From Candidatus Gallispira edinburgensis (GTDB lineage: Bacteria; Bacillota; Clostridia; Lachnospirales; CAG-274): a DNA stretch of 64,000 bases. Positions within the stretch are counted from its first letter, which is position 1; each line of letters begins with the position of its first letter. The position numbers were made by a program, and so were the translations under genes. A model generated the notes under the pieces. It was not told the origin of the DNA and searched no databases. It saw nothing but the letters and a program-made list of their open reading frames with translations. The DNA lies in contig CAJFNV010000009.1 of assembly GCA_904395805.1 (NCBI GenBank), positions 14,111 through 78,110 on the forward strand. The letters are read 5' to 3'. Of this stretch, positions 49,261-58,279 are shown piece after piece.

Positions 49261-49289
49261 ATTATAGCATAGTAATTATTTATAATCAA
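49261..49289 (-). promoter_or_regulatory. Sigma-A promoter (TTGATT-17-TATAAT) dedicated to the zeta-like gene
   Basis: Read on the minus strand, between the cls stop and the zeta-like start. Confidence 0.55.
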
Positions 49290-49325
49290 TACAGTTTATA
49301 ATTTACTGTATAAAAACAATAAACA

Positions 49326-50798
49326 TTACAGCAACGGAGAAATAAGCCTTGCAAATGACTCCTGCACCTTTCTGACAATTCCTCTCTTGTTATACTCCTC
49401 AAGAGTTATTTCTCTTGAGTCCTTAATATCTTCCATAAACTGCCTGTCAAACTCAGCTGTTGTCTTATCATCATATATAAAGGCGTTGACTTCAAAGTTA
49501 AGCTTATAGCTCCTTATATCCATATTTGCGGTACCTACCGATGTAACAATTCCGTCCATAGTCATTACCTTTGAGTGTATGAAACCCTTTGTATATTCAT
49601 AACAACGCACACCTGCTTCAAGAAGCTCACCCATATAGTTTAAACTGCATGAATGTACAAAGAGATGGTCAGGCTTTGCGGGTATTATTATTCTCACATC
49701 AACTCCCGACAGTGCAGCCGTCTTAAGAGCTTCAAGCAAGCCGTCATCAGGAGCAAAATATGGTGATTCTATATATATGTTCTTATCTGCCTCCGTCACA
49801 AGCCTGAAATATCCGTAATAAATACTGTCCCATCTTGTATCGGGACCGCTTGAAACGATCTGCATATCTATATTTCCCTTTTCCTCTGTAATCTTAGGAA
49901 AATGTCTTTCTTCAAGAGCCATTTTAGCTCCCTTTGTAAAATTCCAGTCCATAATAAATCTGAGCTGCAGATCATACACAGCACTTCCCTCAACTCTTAT
50001 ATGGCTGTCTCTCCAGAAGCCGAAACGTCTCTTTTCGCTTACATACTCATCTCCTATATTAAGTCCGCCCACATAACCTATAACACCGTCAATTACAGCA
50101 ATTTTTCTGTGATTTCTGTAATTTATTCTTATACCCCTGGGAGGGAGGAAAACCCTGGCTTCTCCTCCTGCGTTATTAAGCTTTCTTCTGAAGCCCGGAC
50201 CGTTTTTATAATTTCCTATTCCGTCATACAATACCTTGACTTCCACCCCTGCTCTTGCCTTTTCGGCAAGAAGATCCATTATAATATTTCCAAGCTTGTC
50301 ATCGTGCATAAGATAGTATTCCATATACACATATTTCTCAGCCCCTTTTATGTCCTCAATTAAAGCATGGAACTTTGACATTCCCTCATGATATACAGTC
50401 ACTTTGTTATTTCTTCTGTATATACTGTTGTTGCTATTGTAATTCATAACAACAAAGTTATTCAAATGCCATGTATGCTTCATAGGCATTATTGTTTTGC
50501 TTGTATCTTCCGAAAAGCTTCTCCTTGCAATATCAGGGAATTTCTCAGCAAACTCCTTAAGTATTGCCCTGTCCTCTTTGCTCTTCAATTCAAACCATTT
50601 ATGCTTTCTACCTTCGAATCCGAAAATAAGGTAGATTATAAATCCAAAGTATGGAATAAACGCAAGGACCATAAGCCATGCCCATATAACTCCGGGATTT
50701 TTCTTTTCAAAGAAAACTACAAAAAAAGCAAATATAAGATTCACTACAAATAAAAAAGCCAGAAACAAATACCAGAATTCGCTTATTAACTCATACAT
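49326..50798 (-). CDS. cls: Cardiolipin synthase
   Basis: Two N-terminal TM segments and two HKD motifs (HRKIAVIDG, HSKVMTMDG). Confidence 0.95.
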   Translation of the reverse strand: MYELISEFWYLFLAFLFVVNLIFAFFVVFFEKKNPGVIWAWLMVLAFIPYFGFIIYLIFGFEGRKHKWFELKSKEDRAILKEFAEKFPDIARRSFSEDTSKTIMPMKHTWHLNNFVVMNYNSNNSIYRRNNKVTVYHEGMSKFHALIEDIKGAEKYVYMEYYLMHDDKLGNIIMDLLAEKARAGVEVKVLYDGIGNYKNGPGFRRKLNNAGGEARVFLPPRGIRINYRNHRKIAVIDGVIGYVGGLNIGDEYVSEKRRFGFWRDSHIRVEGSAVYDLQLRFIMDWNFTKGAKMALEERHFPKITEEKGNIDMQIVSSGPDTRWDSIYYGYFRLVTEADKNIYIESPYFAPDDGLLEALKTAALSGVDVRIIIPAKPDHLFVHSCSLNYMGELLEAGVRCYEYTKGFIHSKVMTMDGIVTSVGTANMDIRSYKLNFEVNAFIYDDKTTAEFDRQFMEDIKDSREITLEEYNKRGIVRKVQESFARLISPLL

Positions 50799-50951
50799 TC
50801 AACACAACCTCCTTTTTTTACGCTTTAAAAATAATTATACCATAATTTATGACATATTACTATAAGTTTTAACGCATAAAATATTGACATTATTTAATCA
50901 AAGAATTATAATAAATGTATAATACAATTAATAAAAAACGGAGGTATTATT

Positions 50952-51374
50952 ATGGATAAAAAAGATTGTTTATACTGTGATAACAAGGAAAAGCTTGATT
51001 CTCTCATGATCTATATTGCTGATCTTAAGGTATGTAAGCTGTATCTTTTTAAAGAGCAGACTTATTACGGCAGATGTGTTATTGCATATAAAGATCACAA
51101 TGTTGACTTTACAGAGCTTAATGGGGAAGAATCAGCAGCATTTATAAGTGATATGCAGACAGTAGGCAAGGCAATTATGAAGAGTGTTAATCCGGCAAAG
51201 GTTAATTACGGTATGTACAGTGACACTCTCCCTCACCTTCATGTACACATTGTTCCAAAACAGAAAGACGGTTATGGTTTCGGAGGTACGTTTGAAATGA
51301 ATGTTAATCCGCCTAAGTATCTTACAGAGGATGAGTATACCGAAATCATAAACAAGATCAAGAGCAACCTTTGA
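50952..51374 (+). CDS. HIT-family hydrolase
   Basis: Histidine triad HLHVHIVP and an N-terminal C..C. Confidence 0.85.
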   Translation: MDKKDCLYCDNKEKLDSLMIYIADLKVCKLYLFKEQTYYGRCVIAYKDHNVDFTELNGEESAAFISDMQTVGKAIMKSVNPAKVNYGMYSDTLPHLHVHIVPKQKDGYGFGGTFEMNVNPPKYLTEDEYTEIINKIKSNL

Positions 51375-51420
51375 TCTTTATATTATCATATGGATACCAA
51401 TAACCCCTACTAAATTCAAA

Positions 51421-51464
51421 AACCTCTGAACTTAATGTATAATAACATAAGTTCAGAGGTTTTT
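51421..51464 (+). terminator. Terminator after the HIT gene
   Basis: 14-bp perfect stem aacctctgaactta/taagttcagaggtt followed by TTTTT. Confidence 0.85.
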
Positions 51465-51751
51465 TGCTTATAGCAAGTATTAAATATATTTACTGCCGAC
51501 CTTCAGGTGATTGGTGATATGTTGTCTGCCATAATCAGTCAGCGGAGATGAATAATTTTCTTCTATCTTCATATAATACCCCTGAAAGGATATGATATAC
51601 TATGCCGGATGACAACACACCAAACGAGGATGACTACGGTGATGGCGATATACCGCCTGTAGACCTTCCTCAGGAGCAGTAAGCTCCTTTACATATTTTG
51701 GAACTCTGCTGCATTTTTATAAATTACAATTATCTTCCTTATCCCTTACCT

Positions 51752-51789
51752 AAAAAATCCGGCGCAGTTAAAAACTGCGCCGATTTTTT
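51752..51789. terminator. Bidirectional terminator downstream of eda
   Basis: ggcgcagtt/aactgcgcc stem flanked by A6 and T6. Confidence 0.8.
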
Positions 51790-51803
51790 ATAACTAGTTA
51801 TTA

Positions 51804-52766
51804 TTATTTCTGAACAAGATGTACGGCAAATCCACCGAAATCTTCCTTTAAGTAAATTGAAGTAATCTTTCCGTTCTTTTCAACAGCAGTGTCATAATCA
51901 AACTCGCCGCCCATAGCCTCAATGTATCTGATAGCTCTGTCCATATAGTTAGTACCGATAGCAATATGTCCGTTCTTGCCTAAGAACATCTGCTTTCTAA
52001 CCTCAACACCCTTTGAAGCAAATACAGCAGAATTGTGATTGTCGATAGGGAAGTTGAATAACTTGTTAAATCTTTCAGCAAGCGCCATAGCAGCAGATTC
52101 ATCTTCAGTGTTGATACCAACATGTACCATTTCAAGACCAAGCATAGTTGAAACAGCTTCCTTACAAAGAGCAACGATCTCATCAAACTTGCCTTCGTCA
52201 ATTAACTTTCCTGGAACCATCCAGCTACCACCGCAGCAGATGATTCTGTCATATGCTAAGTAGCTGTTTAAATTGCCTGCATTGATACCACCTGTAGGCA
52301 TAAACTTAAGAGTTGTAAATGCAGCAGCCATAGACTTGATCATCTTAAGTCCGCCTGCAGCTTCAGCAGGGAAGAACTTAACAACATCAAGACCAAGATT
52401 AACAGCATGGTTAAGGTCACTAGGATTAGCTGTACCCGGAGTAAACGGAGGATAGTTCTTTTCCTGACAGTAAGCAATAAGCTCTGGATCTAAACCAGGA
52501 GATACAAGGAACTTAGAACCTGCAGCTACAGCTCTGTCAGCCTGATCCTTAGTTAATACAGTACCTGCACCAACGATTAATTCAGGAACTTCCGCAGACA
52601 TTCTCTTAATAGCTTCCTCAGCAGCAGCAGTTCTGAAAGTAACCTCAGCACATGGGATACCGCCTTCAACTAAAGCCTTAGCTAAAGGAACTGCCTTATC
52701 AGCATCATTAATAACTACTACAGGAACAATACCAATAGCACTTAATTTCTTTAAAACATCATTCAT
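51804..52766 (-). CDS. eda: KDPG/KHG aldolase (Eda) fused to a roughly 110-aa C-terminal VOC/glyoxalase-like domain
   Basis: N-terminal IVPVVVI..CAEVTFRT..GAGTV..VKFFPA..FMPTGG is a typical Eda of about 210 aa. The extra C-terminus is VHVGIN..GHIAIGT..AVHLVQK. Confidence 0.8.
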   Translation of the reverse strand: MNDVLKKLSAIGIVPVVVINDADKAVPLAKALVEGGIPCAEVTFRTAAAEEAIKRMSAEVPELIVGAGTVLTKDQADRAVAAGSKFLVSPGLDPELIAYCQEKNYPPFTPGTANPSDLNHAVNLGLDVVKFFPAEAAGGLKMIKSMAAAFTTLKFMPTGGINAGNLNSYLAYDRIICCGGSWMVPGKLIDEGKFDEIVALCKEAVSTMLGLEMVHVGINTEDESAAMALAERFNKLFNFPIDNHNSAVFASKGVEVRKQMFLGKNGHIAIGTNYMDRAIRYIEAMGGEFDYDTAVEKNGKITSIYLKEDFGGFAVHLVQK

Positions 52767-52940
52767 TTTATTAAAACCACCTTTCTTTAATTCGAAGCTT
52801 TTCGCTTATAATCATTGTAACACGTCTGTAATATAAAGTCAACAGAAGTGAAAAATTTTTTGAAAGTTTTGTTCTTAAAAAGTCAGTCATTGGTTACATT
52901 TTTATTTTAGAGTAATGCTATTTCGGTACTGTTTTTAAAT

Positions 52941-53849
52941 TTAATATTCCATAATGTTCTTGCTATTGGCAAAAACCGTTTCCTTTAATATATATTTATA
53001 AAAATTCTCAACTACCGGCGGTACAAAAATATTATTATTAACTGTCATATATATATTTCTTTTAATATCAGGCGATATTATTTCAATCTGCTTAACATTG
53101 ATATTATTAAGCAAATTCATTTGAGGAATAACTGCAATTCCAAATTTTCGTGACACTAATCCTGCAATTACCTGATCTTCATCAATTTCATATGCGATTT
53201 TAGGGTATTCACCGATTTTTTCAAACATATTATCTATTACATACCTTAATCCGGAATTTTTTGAAAAATACACATACTCATAATCCAATGTGTCCTTTAA
53301 ATCAATTACATCATAGGATGCCAGCGGATGTCCTGCAGGAACAATCAGCACAAGCTTTTGCTGTAATATTATTGCAGAAGTAAGTTTTGCATCTGACCGA
53401 GGTTTTGAACTGAATATTATATCATAATGATTCGCAAGCAATTCATCTACTAAATTTGTTGTTGTTCCCGTCCCAAATGTAAAGTTAATATCCATATCTC
53501 TGTTATTCTGTATAAATTTTTCTGCCAGAGAAGGTATAAATTCAATCCCCATAAATCTGAGAAAGCCAAGTCGAATAGTCCCTGAGCCGCGTGAGCCAAG
53601 CTTTATAGCCTCAACACCGTTATTCAATGTTTCCAGTGTTTTTTCGGCACAGTCTAAAAACTGTTTGCCAAAACATGTAAGCTCTGTATTCCTGCCCCTT
53701 TTTTCAAAAAGAGGTACTCCCAGTTCGGCCTCAAGCTGAGAAATAGCATGACTTAGGCTTGGCTGTGTAATAAATAGCTTTTCAGCAGTTTTTGTATAAT
53801 GACCTGTATTTGCCAATTCGACAAAATATTTAAGATGTATTAGATTCAT
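52941..53849 (-). CDS. LysR-family transcriptional regulator
   Basis: MNLIHLKYFVELANTGHYTKTAEKLFITQPSLSHAISQLE. The internal ATG 53849 is preferred. Confidence 0.9.
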   Translation of the reverse strand: MNLIHLKYFVELANTGHYTKTAEKLFITQPSLSHAISQLEAELGVPLFEKRGRNTELTCFGKQFLDCAEKTLETLNNGVEAIKLGSRGSGTIRLGFLRFMGIEFIPSLAEKFIQNNRDMDINFTFGTGTTTNLVDELLANHYDIIFSSKPRSDAKLTSAIILQQKLVLIVPAGHPLASYDVIDLKDTLDYEYVYFSKNSGLRYVIDNMFEKIGEYPKIAYEIDEDQVIAGLVSRKFGIAVIPQMNLLNNINVKQIEIISPDIKRNIYMTVNNNIFVPPVVENFYKYILKETVFANSKNIMEY

Positions 53850-54025
53850 ATAACATTTCCCCGTCAATTTAAAAGTTTCCATAGATAAAATCTATTATAT
53901 CATAAAAATCATTTATTTGACAATATTATTTCGTGTAATATAATAATATCTGATGTATCAATTTCAGAATATCTATAAATGAGTAAACATCAGATCAAAT
54001 TATATAAAGTGAAAGGATCATATAT

Positions 54026-54757
54026 ATGGAAGACAACAAAATAAAAATTCCCGGAGAACTTGCTTTGCTTGTTATTGTATTAATAAACAGCTTTGGAGTA
54101 GTACTAATGCTGTACTCAGGTTCAGGAATTTCTGCTATTTCAAGTGTACCCTATGCATTTTCGGAAATAATCCCTGCTGTATCACTTGGAACATGGACAT
54201 ATATATTTCAGGGCATTCTTATTTTAAGTTTATTTATACTTAAAAGAAAGTTTGTTACCCAATACCTGTTAAGCTTTGTAGTTGGCTTTATTTTCGGAGA
54301 ATGTGTTGATTTACATGAACTTTGGATCAACATACTGCCTGAGAATATTTATTTAAGAGTAATCTATTTTATTATAAGCTACATTATTATTTCATTTGGC
54401 ATAGCACTGTCAAACCGTTGCAAAATGCCTATTATCCCTACTGATCTGTTTCCAAGAGAGGTATCATCAATTACAGGCATAAATTATTCAAAAATAAAAA
54501 TACCTTTTGATGTAATTTGTCTTGGTATTACTGCCTTAACAACATTTATATTTCTTCATGATATCAGAGGACTTGGCATTGGAACCGTACTTGCAGCTTT
54601 CTCCATGGGAAAGGCTATATCACTTATAGGAATTTTTTTGGATAAACACTTTGTATTTGTACGATACATAAATGCAGGAGATATAAGAAATAAGCTGCAT
54701 CAGCCATGTGTCAAATACAATTATAAAAAAGAAAAAAGTACCAAAATTTACAGATAA
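54026..54757 (+). CDS. Polytopic membrane protein (YczE/DUF6198-like), divergent from the LysR gene
   Basis: About 6 TM segments. The family assignment is tentative. Confidence 0.5.
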   Translation: MEDNKIKIPGELALLVIVLINSFGVVLMLYSGSGISAISSVPYAFSEIIPAVSLGTWTYIFQGILILSLFILKRKFVTQYLLSFVVGFIFGECVDLHELWINILPENIYLRVIYFIISYIIISFGIALSNRCKMPIIPTDLFPREVSSITGINYSKIKIPFDVICLGITALTTFIFLHDIRGLGIGTVLAAFSMGKAISLIGIFLDKHFVFVRYINAGDIRNKLHQPCVKYNYKKEKSTKIYR

Positions 54758-54760
54758 AAT

Positions 54761-54804
54761 ACAAAAAGTACTGTCATTTAAATTTCTTTGACAGTACTTT
54801 TTGT
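54761..54804. terminator. Bidirectional terminator (16-bp perfect stem acaaaaagtactgtca/tgacagtactttttgt)
   Basis: Lies between convergent genes. Confidence 0.8.
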
Positions 54805-54840
54805 ATGTGATTTTTAACTTTTAGATTTTAACTCTTGCTA

Positions 54841-55668
54841 TTATACCTCAGGCTTCAAAGGTCCGTAGAAGTAAGATGCTGTAGCTCCTCCGTCAATAAG
54901 GAAATCAGCCCCTGTAATAAATGCGCCCTTTTCACTCATTAAAAGTTCTGCAACATTAGCAACTTCATCTGCCGTTCCGGGGCGGCCTGCAGGGCACTTT
55001 GCAAACATATTTTTATAGAAATCACCTCTCGGACCGTTAAATTCATCAATTGCAAGAGGTGTTACAATAATTCCGGGAGAGATTGAATTGATACGGGCAC
55101 CTCTCTCACCCCACTTGACAGACTCTGCCATTACTCGCTTTTCATTGCAGCGCTTTGCCATCTGATAAGCATGCAAAGTATCCTTTATATTTTCAGGCTG
55201 CAGGATATCGAGCTTTAACAGATCCTCAGCAGGAGTTACAGCAAGCTGTTCATCAGCCTCTGGACTTAAAGCAGGCATTCGGTGTCCTGACTGGCTTGAA
55301 ATTGTTACGCCTGTGCCGCCCTTTGCAATAACCTTTCCGACCTCTTCAAGGAGCACAGCGGTACCGTAAAGGTCGACCTTAAGAATTGCCTCTATAGGCG
55401 CCTGACTTGGTGAAACACCTGCTGCATTGACAAGCATTTTAATATCGCCATACTTTTGTGCCTCTGAAATCAGATTTTTTATAGATTCTCTTGAGGAAAG
55501 ATCCATTTCCATGGGAACTGTATCAAAGCCTGCATCATTCATAATTTTTGAAATTGCCTGTGCATTTTCAGTTTTCTTATCACCGATGACAATTTTTTTG
55601 CCATATCCCATTCTTCTGGCAATTGCCATACCTATCTGTCCCGCACCGGTTAAAATCATTACATCCAT
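54841..55668 (-). CDS. SDR-family oxidoreductase
   Basis: Rossmann TGAGQIGMAI, NAAG, and a YQMAK catalytic motif. Confidence 0.85.
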   Translation of the reverse strand: MDVMILTGAGQIGMAIARRMGYGKKIVIGDKKTENAQAISKIMNDAGFDTVPMEMDLSSRESIKNLISEAQKYGDIKMLVNAAGVSPSQAPIEAILKVDLYGTAVLLEEVGKVIAKGGTGVTISSQSGHRMPALSPEADEQLAVTPAEDLLKLDILQPENIKDTLHAYQMAKRCNEKRVMAESVKWGERGARINSISPGIIVTPLAIDEFNGPRGDFYKNMFAKCPAGRPGTADEVANVAELLMSEKGAFITGADFLIDGGATASYFYGPLKPEV

Positions 55669-55790
55669 AATTTAAATTCCTCCCTGCTTTTTGTATTTTC
55701 TATATATAATTATAATAAAAATATAAAAATCAGCAATTCCATTTATGAATAGTTTTAATAAGTTTAACTTATGCGAATATTATATTCAAT

Positions 55791-56699
55791 TTAACTGCCA
55801 ATACATTCCAAAATAAGCCTGCGAAAAATTCCTGCAAACTCTTCTATATAATAATTTGTATGCTCTTTGATCCAGAAAAGGCAATAATTACGTTTGATTT
55901 GTTTTCCTCCTCTGAAAACAGGCAGTCTTTTTATTGACGTTCCCTCAGGCGTAAGTGTACCAACACCTTCAACTGGCAAAAAGCCACGGTTCCCCACCAC
56001 CATAAGCCGTCCTTCTTCTATACTCTCCGCAAATATAAAGCTTCCGCCAAATCCTACTATATTTTTATAATACTCCTGCTCTGTCTTTCTCTGTTCCTGT
56101 GATGATATCAAGATACAGGGGGTTCCCCTCAATTCATCAAGAGTTACAGATTCATTGGCTGCAAGCTTATTTCTAACAGACATTTCTGCATAACATTCGC
56201 ATTCCGGCAGCTGAAAATTCATGTATTCATCAGAAAAAGCACGACGCTGGTCATTCAATATCATATCAACATTTCCAAAACGGAGGTAGTCATAAAGCTC
56301 TTCATGAGTTCCGTTCACAATGCTTATTGAAACCTCGGGATAAAGCTGTGAAAACTCTGCCACAGCCTGATGAAGCTCCTGTCCGCTATAACTGCGTAAA
56401 TAGCCTATCCTAAGCCTAAGCTCATCATCCAGCCCTATACGAATTGTTTCCCGTCTTAAATTTTCAATATCTTCTATAATACCTTTACTTTTGCCGTAAA
56501 AATATTCCCCGGCAGCAGTCAGCGAAAATTTACGATTTTCCCTGTGTATAAGCTGAACTCCCAGATCTTTTTCGAGAGACTGTATCTGCTGTGATATGGC
56601 TGACTGAGAAATATAACATTGCTCTGCCGCCTCCGTAAAACTGTTACACTCAACAACACTTACAAAATATTTCATCTGACGCAGCAGCAATAATACCAC
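55791..56699 (-). CDS. LysR-family transcriptional regulator
   Basis: LRQMKYFVSVVECNSFTEAAEQCYISQSAISQQIQSLE. The likely start is TTG 56690, downstream of a GGAGGTGG SD. Confidence 0.9.
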   Translation of the reverse strand: MVLLLLRQMKYFVSVVECNSFTEAAEQCYISQSAISQQIQSLEKDLGVQLIHRENRKFSLTAAGEYFYGKSKGIIEDIENLRRETIRIGLDDELRLRIGYLRSYSGQELHQAVAEFSQLYPEVSISIVNGTHEELYDYLRFGNVDMILNDQRRAFSDEYMNFQLPECECYAEMSVRNKLAANESVTLDELRGTPCILISSQEQRKTEQEYYKNIVGFGGSFIFAESIEEGRLMVVGNRGFLPVEGVGTLTPEGTSIKRLPVFRGGKQIKRNYCLFWIKEHTNYYIEEFAGIFRRLILECIGS

Positions 56700-56734
56700 C
56701 TCCTTAAATTTATACTTTATATTGATTAACTTTC

Positions 56735-57046
56735 TTATTCTTCAACTTTCTCCAAAAAAATTTTTTCCTTAAACCCGCCTCTCTTATCTCCCTTTATATT
56801 ACGCAATTCTTCCAGTTCAGCAGGGGAGCAGCCCTTTACTTCGGCAATAGCATATATAACTTCAAGTATATCCGCAAGCTCTTCAATGCTTTTATCCTCA
56901 CAATATTCCTTGCACTCTTCCACAAGTTTTCTGTCAAGTTCACTGATATATTCCTCATCAGAAAGAGTACGGAAAAAAGCTACTCTGCCATCTGCCTTTA
57001 TAATATCCGGAATTTTATCCCTTACCAATTTATTATGTACTTTCAT
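56735..57046 (-). CDS. MazG-like nucleoside triphosphate pyrophosphohydrolase (small, HisE-like fold)
   Basis: KLVRDKIPDII...EELADILEVIYAI pattern, 103 aa. Confidence 0.7.
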   Translation of the reverse strand: MKVHNKLVRDKIPDIIKADGRVAFFRTLSDEEYISELDRKLVEECKEYCEDKSIEELADILEVIYAIAEVKGCSPAELEELRNIKGDKRGGFKEKIFLEKVEE

Positions 57047-57122
57047 AACTTCACCTTCTATATAAAATAAACCACCTGTATAAACAGATGGCTTATTTTA
57101 CATCAATTACTCTTTATATCAA

Positions 57123-58193
57123 TTACTCTTCAACCTTAGTTGTCCAGCCCATGTCATCAGGGAGCTTGCCCCACTGAATACCTGTAAGAGTATCATAAAG
57201 CTTGTGAGTAACCTCACCGATCTTACCGTCATTAATGATACATACATCATCTTCATAACGAAGCTCGCCAACAGGTGAAATAACAGCAGCAGTACCTGTA
57301 CCGAATACTTCTTCAAGCTTGCCTTCCTTAGATGCCTTTATAATATCCTGAATAGCAAGTCTTTCCTCAGATACAGTATAGCCCCACTTCTTTAAAAGCT
57401 CGATACAAGACATTCTTGTAATACCGGGAAGAACTGTACCAACTGTAGGAGCAGTATATATTGTTCCGTCGATCTTGAAGAAACAGTTCATTGAACCTAC
57501 TTCCTCAACATACTTTCTTTCAACACCGTCAAGCCATAAAACCTGCTCATAGCCAAGGTCATGACCCTTAACCTGTGCAGCAAGAGAAGCAGCATAGTTA
57601 CCGCCGCACTTTGTAAAGCCTGTAAGTCCGGGAGCTGCTCTTACATACTCATCCTCAACATAGATCTTAACAGGATTGATACCTGTAGAATAGTAAGCCC
57701 CAACAGGAGATGCAATTATAATAAATGAATATGTATTTGAAGGTCTTACGCCTAAATGTGGCTCAGTTGCAATAACAAATGGTCTTAAGTAAAGAGATGT
57801 ACCCTCAGCTGATGGGACCCAGTCCTTCTCAACAGCAACAAGAGCCTTACAAGCCTGTACAAAATCATCAGCAGGAATAGCAGGTATACACATTCTCTTG
57901 TTTGTATTCATCATTCTTTCGCCGTTCTTTTCAGGTCTGAAAAGCTGAATAGATCCGTCAGGAGTTCTGTAAGCCTTTAATCCTTCAAAGGATTCCTGTG
58001 CATAGTGGAATACCATAGCAGCAGGATCAAGAGCTACAGGTCCATAAGGAACTATTCTGGCATCATGCCAGCCCTGTCCTTCTGTATAATCCATAACAAA
58101 CATATTGTCAGTGTAATAAATACCGAAGCCTAAATTATTCTGATCAGGCTTCTCCTTTGGATTTTTTGATAAATCGTACTTGATATTAAGCAT
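57123..58193 (-). CDS. ilvE: Branched-chain amino acid aminotransferase
   Basis: 356 aa class IV aminotransferase, FEGLKAYR..GG.YAASL..GITR. Confidence 0.9.
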   Translation of the reverse strand: MLNIKYDLSKNPKEKPDQNNLGFGIYYTDNMFVMDYTEGQGWHDARIVPYGPVALDPAAMVFHYAQESFEGLKAYRTPDGSIQLFRPEKNGERMMNTNKRMCIPAIPADDFVQACKALVAVEKDWVPSAEGTSLYLRPFVIATEPHLGVRPSNTYSFIIIASPVGAYYSTGINPVKIYVEDEYVRAAPGLTGFTKCGGNYAASLAAQVKGHDLGYEQVLWLDGVERKYVEEVGSMNCFFKIDGTIYTAPTVGTVLPGITRMSCIELLKKWGYTVSEERLAIQDIIKASKEGKLEEVFGTGTAAVISPVGELRYEDDVCIINDGKIGEVTHKLYDTLTGIQWGKLPDDMGWTTKVEE

Positions 58194-58279
58194 AATATCA
58201 TACCTCTTTTCTGTTAAAATATCTTATCTTGCATTATAAATCTTTTTATACAAAAATTCAATATATTTTTTTAAAAAAC

